NCBI GenBank assembly: GCA_010093605.1
Contig: MU004183.1
Coordinates: 2,666,001 to 2,719,435 of the forward strand
Length of the DNA stretch: 53,435 nucleotides
Reading direction: 5' to 3'
DNA from: Lophium mytilinum
Lineage: Eukaryota
Below, in pieces: positions 1 through 11,989 of the stretch. The translations under genes and the position numbers were made by a program. Numbering within the stretch: position 1 is the stretch's first letter; every line of letters begins with the position of its first letter. Below the pieces are notes generated by a model. That model was given only the letters and a program-made list of their open reading frames with translations, was not told the origin of the DNA and made no database searches.

Positions 1-224
1 GAGACAATGCGCCAAAACCACATCGAGCTGGATCGCCCAAAACCACCGCTTGTAGAGAACCTTATCCAGCTTATGGAGGCATTGAGGGATACGGCGAAAT
101 GACAGGTCCCATATGTGTGTATCTAGATACCTGAATTCTGCCTCCCGAGAGATGATACAATTGGAAGCTACAGATACATTGCTCTCTAAGACATGAGAAA
201 GTGGAGGGCTTCAAAGTGCCAGTT

Positions 225-1955
225 TCATGACCTTCTGCTCATTGCAAAGCGAACCGCATAATATCCCAACGCGCCCAGTCCCATCAGCGCCGGCATAGCG
301 ATGAGACCAATCCCAGTAAATATACCCTGCTCAAAAAAGCCAACCTGACCTTCTTTCATACGCTTGACACTGGGCAGAAGCTTGTCTGACACTTTCTGAA
401 GCACTTTCTCTGAGGCACTAAAACTAGGATCGTGCAGTGTTTGCCGCACAAGCTGCGACTGGACTGAAGGAGTAACAAACCGAGAGCGTTGAACAGTGAA
501 TAGAGCGGTCGGATAGCGTGTGGACCGTTCTACAGGCGAGCTGAGCGGTGCAGCGGGTCCAACTACAAAGGTGGTCAGAACAACTAGTGAAGTCATTGTG
601 GTGGACGACATGACAATAGACGCAGACTCACGTAACATCTCCAGGGGTATTTGATTGACAAATGACACATGAGCGCCAAGGAACTGGCTCAAATATTTGC
701 TTGCTTTCAAATCGGCAAATACATATGAAGCCAGCAGTTCTCCGTTTCTTCAGAAGTTAGCAGCCACCGCGCTAATATCAACCAATCAGACTATTTGACA
801 ACTTACTGGTTGGCAAGATCAATTGCGTCGTCCAAAGACTTTACACTGTGCACGAGGAGACTGCGGGTTGATATCTTCCTGCTCAACGTCTTGGAGGACC
901 TGCGAGGGTTGTTAGCGTACGAGGATCTTGTCTTGTGGCCGCTTTCCATGACTGCAAGACTAGATGGTCTGGAAGCCTACCTGCTATTCACCTCAATCAC
1001 CGCGCAGTTTGCTATTGAAGTCACCACTTGTATCTCGTCGGTTCTTTTCAACTCTTTCATCAAGCTGTCCGCCTCGCTTTGACTCGTTGACGCTGAAGAC
1101 TTTGATAATTCGAATTCGGTGGCAAATTTCATTGTCTCTTCCACGACAGCGTTCAGGAAAGGCTTCTTGCAGAACTCATTGACCAGAACGATATCCGGGG
1201 CATAGGGAGATCGGCCGCCAAAGCCAAACCTCGCTATGACAAGCGCCTTTGCCGCTTCCGAGAAATTGGCAGTGCGATCAACAACGGCGACGACCTGCGC
1301 TTGTGAAGGTGAGATCAGTCTCATGGCAGTTGCTGGCTCCTCAGATCCTCTCTGGAGAACCTTCATGTGATGTAAACCTAGCTCATCATCTGTGGCGCGA
1401 CTTGAAACGATTTCGAAGATATCGGAATCCAAGGCGATTTTCAGAATTCTTTGAAGCAACGAGGGCACTTCACGGAGGGTCTTTTCCAGCTGTAAGACAG
1501 TGATTGTTAGTAAAAGTGCGTGCCCGGTCTGGAAACTTGAGGTTTTTCGGTCATCTTACCTCGATCACCACACAATTACCAGCTGCGACAGCAGCGGAAA
1601 GCGGTACAACGATGGAGTAAAACAATGAATACGTTGTCGGAACGATATACACGATTCCCACTCCCTCTCTCAATGACGGCGCGTCCTCTCCGCGTGCAAC
1701 CGCGTACTCTTCGTGAAGGGCCTTCGTCGCGTCTAGTGACGCGTAGTATTCTCTCAAGCACATGAGTGCCAGTAAGTACTCAACCCGCGCCTCGGGGATG
1801 CTGTTGCCACCATCCCTGTAGATTGCCTGTATGACTGACTCACTATTGTCAATGAGGACATTGTGCAGCTTTTCCAATTGGGTTTGGCGATAGATCACAT
1901 TCTGGCATCGTCCGTCAATGGCGGCCTCACGGATGCGCTGTAACGGCCCTGGCAT
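225..1955 (-). CDS. Aldehyde dehydrogenase-like protein, probably catalytically inactive, with C-terminal hydrophobic anchor; 5 exons
   Basis: ATG at 1955 (MPGPLQRIREAAIDG). GT-AG introns at ~1559-1490, ~980-900, ~806-751 and ~631-563 join ORFs 1551..2150, 977..1468 and 225..710. ALDH-type segments: GIVYIVP, PLSAAVAAGNCVVIE, RFGFGGRSPYAPDIVLV, SLDDAIDLAN. Hydrophobic tail GIFTGIGLIAMPALMGLGALGYYAV. Confidence 0.8.
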
Positions 1956-2270
1956 GTTGGGGTTTTGGCGAAGGTGGCAGAGTGGCGCAACCAGCAAAGT
2001 GCGACTAAGTCCAATGTAAGGGCTGTCGAATTCTGCTACAAGCCCCTTGTGATATGCTCTAATTGAGTCATGTCTTGCGTTTCGGCTAGCGCTCCCCACC
2101 TGCTTCCCGCTCACTCCACATATCTCCACTTCCCGAACGGCCAAGAACATGAGCTTCGATTTGCTCCAAGCAACCGGAACTAACCTACACGGTTTCGTCG
2201 CCCATTATGAATCTTCATTAGACACCACAATTTTTCCCTAGAAAGTGATCCACCACCAGTCAATTCCAGC

Positions 2271-2755
2271 ATGTCCACCACTACGACCACGGATACAACC
2301 CGCTATGCAGTACACAGCTACTTGGCCGACTACGAGCTCCATCACTCAGACCACCCCTCCACGTCTGCACCCAGACCGAACAGTCATCCAGATCCCCGCC
2401 AATTGGGCTCGTCCGCATCGCCACACACAACCGCAGAACTTGTACAACTAAACCCACCACAATGGCCCTCGAACCACCGCCGCATTCCTCCATATCGGCC
2501 CATCAATAGAGCTTTAGATCAGAGCCAAAGAAAGGTCTTTCTAAGTACAGGGGAGAGGATCTTCTTATTTGTTATGTTCACAGGACTACAGGTGAACGTG
2601 GTAAGCCACAGTCATCTTCTTGCACGTCAAAGTTGGTGTACCCATATAGCTGATACTGACCAAACTGTGCCCAGGACATCAATCGCTTGTGGAATGCCAC
2701 TGGTGGAAGGCTTGCACAATCTGTATTTCAGTACAAGATTGGGGGTGAGTGGTGA
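2271..2755 (+). CDS. Small hypothetical protein (~136 aa, 2 exons) with one hydrophobic segment
   Basis: ORF from 2271; intron 2601-2674 (GTAAGC...CTGAC...CCAG). Spliced exon 2 reads DINRLWNATGGRLAQSVFQYKIGGEW-stop. Divergent from the ALDH-like gene with ~315 bp between starts. Confidence 0.65.
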
Positions 2756-3016
2756 TGCATGAATAGTTGAGTTAGGGTACACTGAAGAGCCAGTCTATTT
2801 GAAGACCACTACAAGCATATGACTGCTCCGATGCAAGCTTAAATATCATGCAATACCACTCCTTTATTCAAGTTAGATCTAGCCAGGCGTTCAATTGAAC
2901 TCTTCACACTGTAATGGCATGAGGAAGTTATACAAGGTGCTACTATTTTGAGCTGCATGCTATGTAGCCTCTGATCCCAGATCTTGATCGCGGTGCTCGC
3001 TCAACTCATCAGCATA

Positions 3017-5024
3017 TCAGGCTGGCGGAATGATAGGAAGGACGATGTAGTTCGGCGATGTTGAGCCAAAATGAATGTGGTTCATTCCGTCGAACTTCTC
3101 TTGACTCCTGCGATGATGTGAGAACAAGCTTTGGATGGATGCTTGGAGCAAGGCGACTTACCTATCAGCTGGATCATTATGCTGGAATCTGTCACAACCC
3201 TGCGTGTCACCAGAAGCGACTTCAAAGATGATCTTCCCTCCCTTCTCAGCTACCACATTCGTCGGCCATATTTCGACGTCTACGGCATAGATCTCTCCAG
3301 GGATGACTGGTTGGGTGTCTTTGCTCGTATAATGTCGATAAGGTAGCCACGGCCGATCTTTGGGGTGGTTGGGATCTGTGTTGCGCAAACTAACTCGGAG
3401 CCAGCCTTTTGTCAAGGGCACAGGATCACCTGCCGTACCAGTGTAGTGCACTTCCTTGCCCTCAGGAGAGATGTACCGGAGTGTGATGAACAAATCGATG
3501 TCCGTCGGAACCGTTTTGTTATTTGGGTAAGGACTCACTGAGACGTTCAGATGCGCTACGACGTGGCCCGTGATTTCGGTATCGGCATCAAATGGCGCGG
3601 TCTCAAATTGGACGGTTTGGGGATTTTCTAGCGTTCCGAGAGCTTGGTATGAAAGCTTCCTTTGCTCCCTGTTCGGCTCATTTTGCGACAGTCTTTTTTC
3701 CGGTGTGAGGTAGAACTTCGAATAGCGAGTGCGTGCTATCGGCCACTCGCTTTCGCTCCTTCGGTGGTACTTTTGCTCTCCTTCGGCGTTGTTGTATCCA
3801 ACATCACCCTGGCGAAGTATCAAACTGACAGGAGGAACTTTGCCCTTCACGGTCCACCCTTCCCGATCGTCCCCTTTAAGAAAAGCGTCGAGGAAGCTGC
3901 GCTGAACCTCAGCTTCGGCTTTGTAGTAGAATGGTAAGTCGTGGCGCCCCGTGATGAAACGTAAGTACTTCATGTCGGAACCTGCCCACGTATAACCTTG
4001 AACATTCCCGCGAAGATGCAGGCAAATACCTCCCCAGTTCGCGACGCTCAACAAAGGGACTTGGATGTCGCTCATAGAATACTCTTTCGACGCATAATAC
4101 GGATCGTCCCGATACTTGAACATCGCATTATCTTTGGTCTGATCCTGCCGGTTGCTCACGAGTTCGGCTTCGGGAAGATCTCCTTCGATGGTATCTGGCC
4201 CCCATTTGCGAGCAGCTCTGCCTCCTCCGCCGTACTGATTCGAAACCACTTGGCGATCCCACCAGAACTTGATGAACCCATTGGACAATATTCCACCCTG
4301 CCGGCATCGATCGCGGTAGTAGTCAGACATGCCCTCCCATGGGATGATTGCAGACAGGCCTTTTGGCTGACGAGCTGCAACACGCCATTGGCTTCCACCA
4401 TAGTAACTATCCCACAGCTTCTTAGTCAATGGCCTCAGAACAGAGCTGGAGATGCCTTACCTGATACCAAGCAAGCCCACTTTGCCTGAAGACCAAGGCT
4501 GTGCTGCTGCCCATTCGACCACGTCGACAAACGCGTCGCTGGTGCCACGCGACATGGTATCTAGGAGACCTGGGGACTGCCCACATCCTCGCTCGTCTGC
4601 GCGGACAACTGCATAGCCATGGCTAGTCCAAAAGCCTGGATCTGGGACTTCCCAAGCTGAGTGGGCTGACTTATGCTCTGGGTTGACCTCGGCGAACGAG
4701 TTTGGATGGAAACTGAGAATCGTTGAAATTTAGCGCTTGTGCTTGCTATAGGGGTCTTTTCTCCTTTTGAAAGTGATGAGAGGTTCTGCATTGCTGCTTT
4801 AATCTCTTGGGGCATTCTTACTCCTCGTAGGGGATGTCTTTTCCGTACGGTCCATAAGTGACAATGACGGGGACCTTGGAGTGTTCCCCCGAGCTCTTCG
4901 GTCGATAAACATTGCAGCGAACTAATCCTTCGCCTGCTTGAAGCTCAATGCTAGCATTTTGCTCAAATATATAGGCAAAGGAAGAGGAGTCAATTGTGTG
5001 AAGGTCTTTGATCGGGTTCGGCAT
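3017..5024 (-). CDS. CocE/NonD family alpha/beta hydrolase (peptidase S15 / cocaine esterase-like); 4 exons
   Basis: ATG at 5024 (MPNPIKDLH). Motifs PVIVTYGPYGKD, GYAVVRADERGCGQSPG and nucleophile elbow GKVGLLGISYYGGSQW (Ser codon split by an intron at ~4460-4407). C-terminal PepX_C-type segment (TEITGH...KGWLRVS...VDVEIWPT...YIVLPII). Other introns ~4821-4713 and ~3160-3108. Confidence 0.9.
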
Positions 5025-6242
5025 GATGTATTGAGACAGCCCCTTTGCTGGAGACAGAGAGAGATGCAAGTGGTGGGCCTATATAAAGCGCGTCCGCCGG
5101 CCCACCTGCACTCGTGAAGCGGGAGTGGCCGGGTGCCGCCGCATGGGGCCGAACTTGGCACTCAGGGCAGCCGTGAAATGTCGGGACCACTCACCTTTGC
5201 TCAATCCGAATGAACAGCCAGTCATAGTGTCTGAGCACATGTCAGGACCTACCGTACTCTCTCCATAATGAGAAGTCCCCTTTGGCACGCCAGTTAATCC
5301 CCTAAATTAAAGGGTGTAGCGGACTGAACCCTAGCTGAAGTACGTATCAGGCCGACTAAGGGGCGGGCGGCCCACAACTCAAGTCGCTCGTGTTGACCTG
5401 ATTCGCTGGATATTTATGCTTGAGATAGCGTGCCAAGGTGAGCTTCCCAGTTGATTGAGAGAACAAACGGCATGCCACGACCGTGGACTGAAGGCTACAA
5501 TAAAGCCAACGCAAAAGACCGAAGGCAAATAACCGCACCTTCTGCGTAAATGCACGCGATGACAGGGGCATCTGCTCGGCGATCGAATTCTCAGGATTAA
5601 CAATTAACAGTTCTTTGGAAAGGGCCACGCTTCATGCGAGTTGCGATGACGAGAGAGAAAGTCGCAGAGACGGAGGGATGCAAAGTTGACAACCAAGATA
5701 GTGACGCAGGAACGATGACTGCATCCTTGCTTCTGGACTCTATACGTCCACTATGAGGTTTTATAGTCAAGTTTCGGTGACGATAAACTTAGTACTATGT
5801 TGGAAATGCAAGAAAATGTAGGAAGGCAATACCCAGGGAAAGAATCTATAGGAAAATGGTCATGATGAGAGTCACGATTCGATTAAACAAAGACACGAAA
5901 GGGAGCGACGCAGAAGCAAGTAATGAGCACGGCGTAGCGACGGTAAGCCATTACAAGTGTGGGGGATAATCGGGTTGCGTCTTTTGCCGTCAATGTATCG
6001 CGCTAACACCCAAAAGAAGTAGCTTTGTGTCTCAACCATATAGACAGGAAGACTTGTGCCAAATAGGCTCAAGAGTTCCTAGAGACTAATTAAGAATAGT
6101 GTACGACCACGATAAGGCGCAGCAAACAGTCAAGGGGTTCGAGATCTTGTAATCATCTTCATTGAGTGCAGTATGGGGTACTGTACAAACGCAAAATTGG
6201 AAGAGAACGATCCTTAGCGGCTGCTTGTAAGACACTAATAGC

Positions 6243-9200
6243 TTAATCAACTAGATCTAGCTCGGCCTTCCGCTTGCCCAAAATAGCTTCAATCTGGCCG
6301 AGTCCAAGGCTCTGACCCACCTGTGCTGGCGGCGCCTTAAAGGAGCCTTTACCATGTCCACTGAAGTGGAGCTTCCAGGCTAGACGTAATGTTAGCGAAC
6401 TGAATATGTTTGGAGGTCTTCGAGGCACAAACTAAGGGTGGGCCGAACTTACTACTTGCATCGAAAGAAAGATAACTCCAACTGTCATTAAGATAGCACC
6501 GCTCCGTGCCAACTTGGATAGTCTTGACCGTTCCCATGAGGCCCGGCGCAGGCCGCAAGTCCTTCAGCCCAGCAGCCAGCTTGACCATACCGACAATAAA
6601 TGCTGTTGCAATCTCGCGACCCACGCAGTCGTGTGGGCCGGTGCTGAAAGCCGTGATCAGGCCGTCTTGCTTGCGGGTTGGGATGAATTTGTCGGCGTCG
6701 CGCACAGCCTTTGGGTCGCGTCCAGCCGCACCGAGAAGCAGCACGACGGCCTCGCCAGGCTTTATGTCCTGTCCCTCGAGTGTCACAGCTTGCGTGGCAA
6801 TGCGAAGGTTGCGCTGTGCTGTTGTCAGTCGCAGTGCCTCGAGCACGTACGACCGCAGCATCTGATCGTCGTTGGCGGCTGCGAGTGACTGCACGCGGTT
6901 CCAGTGCTCCTTGTTCTCTTCTCGAAGGAAAAGTTGCATGATCTCGCAAAGCTAGGTACTCAGTCAGCTGCACATCTTGACCTTGAATGCATGCATCAAC
7001 TTACTGCTGAAACCGGCACACCGATACCGCCGAAGGCCGTCAACCAGCAAATGTCAGCGGTTTCTTCTGGAGTTTTACCCCTGGCAAGGAAGCCCTCGAC
7101 GATCTTGCGCCCACATGAGCGAAGGGAACCCTGTTTGATGGCAGCGCTTCGGGATCTGTACTTCTCCGAGAACATGGCGGCCAGGTAGCCAGCCAAGCCC
7201 AGACTTCCCTTCTCACCTGCCACGTCCTTGACCAGAGTGCGGCCTGTTTCGGTCATAATCGCGGCACCCTCCTGGGCCCAGCGACGCCGGTTCCAAGCCA
7301 TCGCAGGGTCATTGTTGTTGACACCCCACACACGGATGTTGAGCAAGTGCTTGTACAGCTCAGTGGGCGAAAGTGAGCCGCTCTTGTTTTCATCTGTCCG
7401 GATGTCAAGGTAGAAGACGTCCGCGAGCAACTGAGCATTCAGTGGAATTGCAATATCGCGGATAAAGTCAATCTGGTAGAGATCTTTCTTCATCTCGAAG
7501 GTTTCCTTGGCCAGAAGCTTCGAGCCTACCTCTGCGACAAAGTTCGAAACTGCGGCCCCGAAGCCTGGCACGCTATGAAATACATCCTGTACTAGCCGTT
7601 TCTGTGCAGCATTCTCGGGCTTGTCGGCGCCAAGCATGAACCAGCTGAAGTCTTTGCCCGAGCCTGGGAAAAGATCATTGACGGCTGGAAGCCATGGCAC
7701 AACAAATCGTTGTTTGTCCTGGAGGACTTCTTTCACAGCGGCTTGCTCAGCAAGGACATGGATGGGTCGTGGAGCTTTTGGATCTTTGTCCGTATAGAGC
7801 TGGATGGTACCAATCTCCTTTGCGATGGCCTCGTTCGCCTTCTTAGTGTACATAGGCTGCATGACGTGTAATGAGTTAAATGGGAACCAGCCTGGCAATG
7901 CACGCTGAATGAGCTTGTAAAACATGGAGCCACCCAGGGTCTTGTAGTCCTGTTGGACCTCGTTGTAGCCCCAAGCGGTAAGATTGCTAACCGTATAGTC
8001 GATGGTGTTGAACCGGTCGGAGCGGACCAACGTGATTGCATCCGACAAGACGGCTCGGCCGACGGAGTATGTTGGACAGATGCCACAGCCTGGATTGAGC
8101 GCAGGCTTGAAGTCCTCAATCATCAGACCAGGATACAACTCGACCATGTCCGGATGGGTATACAGCTTCTCCAGCAGGCCGGCAATTTCCGTGTCAGAGT
8201 TAATGTCAGAGAATTTGGCATGGCGCTTGAGTCCAAAGAAGTCTCTAAACTCATTCAGGCTCGCAACTTGCCATCTTCGCCCTTGCATGATGCCAAGAAT
8301 CTCAACCACGCGAAGGGCTTTGGGGACCATACGAGCACCGAAGCACCCTGCCGGGTCTTCCATGCTTTCCTTCATCACCTTAACAAGATCTTCATCCTTG
8401 AACATGCCATTGTCTTGTCTGTGAAGACCGCCGAACTCTCGCTTACTGGGATCTGGATCCAGATTGCCGAAGAACTTTTGCAAAGCCCCTAGTAGCTCGT
8501 ACATGTCGATTTTGTTGATATCTTCCATGGTTTTCCCAGGGAACGCCGACAAGAAGAAGTCATTGGTCCACTTCTCGTCTCTCTTGGAAATGCAAGAGTG
8601 GAAACGGTATAAAAGGTTGAACTCAACACTGACCTGGTTTCCAATCCCACGTGGAGCTCCTTCGGGATCGAAGTGCTTGTCGATATCAACGCGAGGATCC
8701 AAAGTCCACGTGCTATCCGAGTGATGTGTATTGGTAATGGCACGGAGATAGTCGTGTAGACAGATGTTGATGTACAAACCGCCGACGATCAGTCTAGCAG
8801 TATTGAAGAGATCGTGGTCCTGTTTAGCGACAGCTTTGGCGATGTCTTCGGGAGTGGGATTCTTGAGCTGTGCGAGAGAAAAGCGTCCGTTCTCATTGAT
8901 CTTCAGTAGTATCCCCGCGACGTAGTTGTGGAATCTGTTGTACATGACAAGCATGACGTTGACACCCGGAGGTTGGCCTAATAGGCGCTTCTCGTGGAAA
9001 GTGTCTGGCTTCAGCTTGCCTTCCTTCATCGTGCGAATCTCCAGCTGGTCTGCAAGGCTGGAACCATACAATGGCGCCAAATCGAGGTACGAAGATGTAT
9101 CCGAGATGTTCATGTTGGTTCTGTTGGTACGGAAAATGTCGTGGATGATGATGGATGCATGGTAGAACAGTATCGACGAGATACCAGCGGGATTCTCCTT

Positions 9201-9935
9201 GAAAGTACCCTCCTCGCGGGCCATCAGTAAGTCGAAAAGAAGTCCTGGGTCTGGCTTCACTCCATGGAGCTTCTTTGTCGTATGCACCGACTTCGCGTAT
9301 GGCGTCCCTGCCCGGCCAAGATCGGGAGTGAGGATGTTGTTGTAGCTTCCGTCGGGCGTTCGGTACTGGTACATGGCATGCGGTGGCTGCGGCATCGTCT
9401 CAGTGATCGTGACGCCATTCTCTGGGGACTTGTACTCGATGGTGTCGGTCAACTTCTCGTCTTTTTTGTCGGTCTCCACCTCAAACTTGACGTCGCCGCC
9501 CATGTAGCTCAAAGGCGGATGCTGAAGGTTGTCCCATAGAGTGTCGATCAGCTTGTTGGTCAAGTTAATCCGGGTCTGTGAGCCTTCAGGTAAGGTGGTA
9601 AGGACATGGATTAGCGTCTCTGTTGATCCTTTCTTGTCATCCAGAGGCTCGCCTTTGTTGAGTAGATCTTGGATGATAGGAATGAGTTCATGAAGCTTGA
9701 TCTTACTCCGCACTGAGGCGTAGTCACGGAGAAGACTGGTGGCAATGGCCTTCGGGTCGGCAAAGAAGTTCCTTGCCTTTTTCTGCTCGCCAGCATAGCT
9801 CTCGCCAGCCTGATATTTCTCTTCTGGTGCTGTCATAGCTGTGGCTTTGGCGATGTCACCGGCATAGTTGTACAACACGAATGCAGCGGCACTGGCAAGT
9901 GCAGCCGTACCGAGTTCCACACTCTTGGCGATCAT
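6243..9935 (-). CDS. Fatty-acid dioxygenase-cytochrome P450 fusion (linoleate diol synthase / Ppo-like DOX-CYP); 3 exons
   Basis: Heme-peroxidase domain: YRTPDGSYNN, IIIHDIF (distal His), SSYLDLAPLYG, EFNLLYRFH (catalytic Tyr, proximal His), LVRSDRF. P450 domain: EALR (ExxR), FSTGPHDCVG (heme Cys). Introns ~7004-6952 and ~6452-6381; ATG probably 9935. Confidence 0.92.
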
Positions 9936-11989
9936 GTTCAGGTAAGGGTAATTGAAAAGGGGAGGATGTGGGCAGAATATCACGAGAATATACTGGGACT
10001 TTTATACAAAAATCCGTGACAATTGGCAGCTACCGTGGATAGAGGTACTTGTGGCTGCATTCACAGCCGACGACGCGAGGATCAGCTCTAGCTAGCTGCA
10101 GCTGATCTAGTTCCAAAGCGCATGGTAAATTCGAGTGGATCATTAATGGCTTGCGGCGCTTCCGGAGATGCATGTGGCCGCCTCGCGTGCACGCTGAAGC
10201 TGGCCTGAAAGACAATATGCCATGATAGACGGCGCCACAAAGCATGGCGCCCGGGAGAGACAGCTATTTCTGCAGGGTACAGGGGCAGAAACGCGAAAGG
10301 TGTCGAATGAAGAATGTAGATCGGAAGCATGTAGAGCGGGGGCACCGGGGAACGGCTGGCTGAGGCGGGAACAGCCAGGACAAGCTCGCCCTGGGCTTGC
10401 ATTCTGGACCCCGAGAGGTCTGTGTGGCTGGCTGTATTCGTGGGGCAGTCCGGATGGGGGTTGCGCAGGTGCCCAGATGGGTGGCTGCAAGAGTAGATTA
10501 CCATACCGGAAGATGATGAGAGAGCTTTGATTGGCCGAAATAGCCTTTGCAGGTTAGAAGGCCTTTTATCACGCAGCATTTACAAGATATACTCACCACA
10601 ACATGTAGCAAGGTGCTGTAGTGTGTGTGCCCGTGTGAGAGTGTCCTTGCAATATGGTATTGTGTGAGGCGGGCGCAAGCTCTGCTTTTACTCCCCTTTC
10701 CATCAACATGGCGAATAACGCTCAAAACGCATCCAAAACCCTTTATTCGAGTAATATTTCTGCACAGTGATTAGAGGAGAGTAGTTTGCGATTAAGGTTC
10801 ATGACTATTGTGGGTGGATACTAGTGATGGAGTTTGTTCGATGTGTGGTGTTTCACTCGCTGTCTCGCCGAGTGCGTCTGGCCCAGCGCATGGATCGCAA
10901 GGTAAGCGACTTACGGGTGCGGTGGCGGACCGCGCCGACAGTTAGGGGCGGTCTGTAGCCCGTGCCCGGGTGGGACACCTGCTGACGATCGGAGCTTCCT
11001 CCACGCCTACAGCTTATGGACGCATGCTATGGTGAGTGTATCGAGTAGATGCTGCGTAACAAAGGCTTCTCAACCCTGCAAAGGCTATTCCGGCCAATTG
11101 GATCTCTCTCATCAGCTTCCGGTACGGTAATTACCCTTACAGCCGCCTGCAAGCTAACCAAAGCATGCGGCCATAGGCTGAAGCCTCAACCCACGTCGTC
11201 TAAGCGAGCATAGCAGTGCTCATTCGGCCCCTTTCGACCAAGTGCTCCGTCGCTAGTGGCGCTGCCATATTGCCGGGTATGGCCCAAATGCGCCATCACT
11301 TGCTCGCATAGCATGTAGTGTCTGGATGCCTCGTAGCTGGACTCTGCAAGAAGGCGAGCTTCTCCACAAGTTGGCGCCAAAGCCTTCTCAAATCGGCATC
11401 TCAGCCAGCCACAGCGGGGCAGCGGTAGTGCTAAAGCCTTTTCGAACCGGTAGCTCAGCCAGCCACAGCCTTGTGTTCAGCTTTGAGCTGATTAGGCTTT
11501 CTGCCAGGACCGCTTTTGGCTATCGGATCGCTAGTCCGTGCTTTCCAAGCACGGGATCAGGAGCTTGCTTGCAGGCAATTGACCCCTCCATGTGGTCAAA
11601 TCTAGGACGACACCATCTCTCTCACCAATACAGTGATCGGCGAGCCCGTCTGCCCTCACCTTTCTTGACAACGCAGTCTAGAACAGCCTTCTTCCAGCCG
11701 TCCTACCACTTGTAGGGTGTGGGAATGGATTCCATGCTAGCTTTACCTCTTTCCCGCAATATATCTATGCCCACTCCTCCGTTCCCCTCTTCCTTGCTCT
11801 AGATTAATGCACGTTCGAAGGCCCATCACCACGAGATTCCATTCTCTATCAAGGCAGTCAACATCCCACGTGTTTGGCGCTGTCAGACGTCGGCGCTTCA
11901 TTCTTTCCAACTCTACACGCCCCTCCCTACCTCTCGTTCAGACCAGAAGTCTGCCTCGTCGCTGGTGTCAGACTGCGTTCCTTACCACG

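Noticed and set aside
11400..11469. 16-bp direct repeat ctcagccagccacagc
   Set aside because: Only two copies with no other structure; function cannot be supported.
10030..11715. Short overlapping ORFs between the DOX-CYP and DUF2235 genes
   Set aside because: No recognisable motifs, overlapping on both strands; best read as a divergent promoter region.
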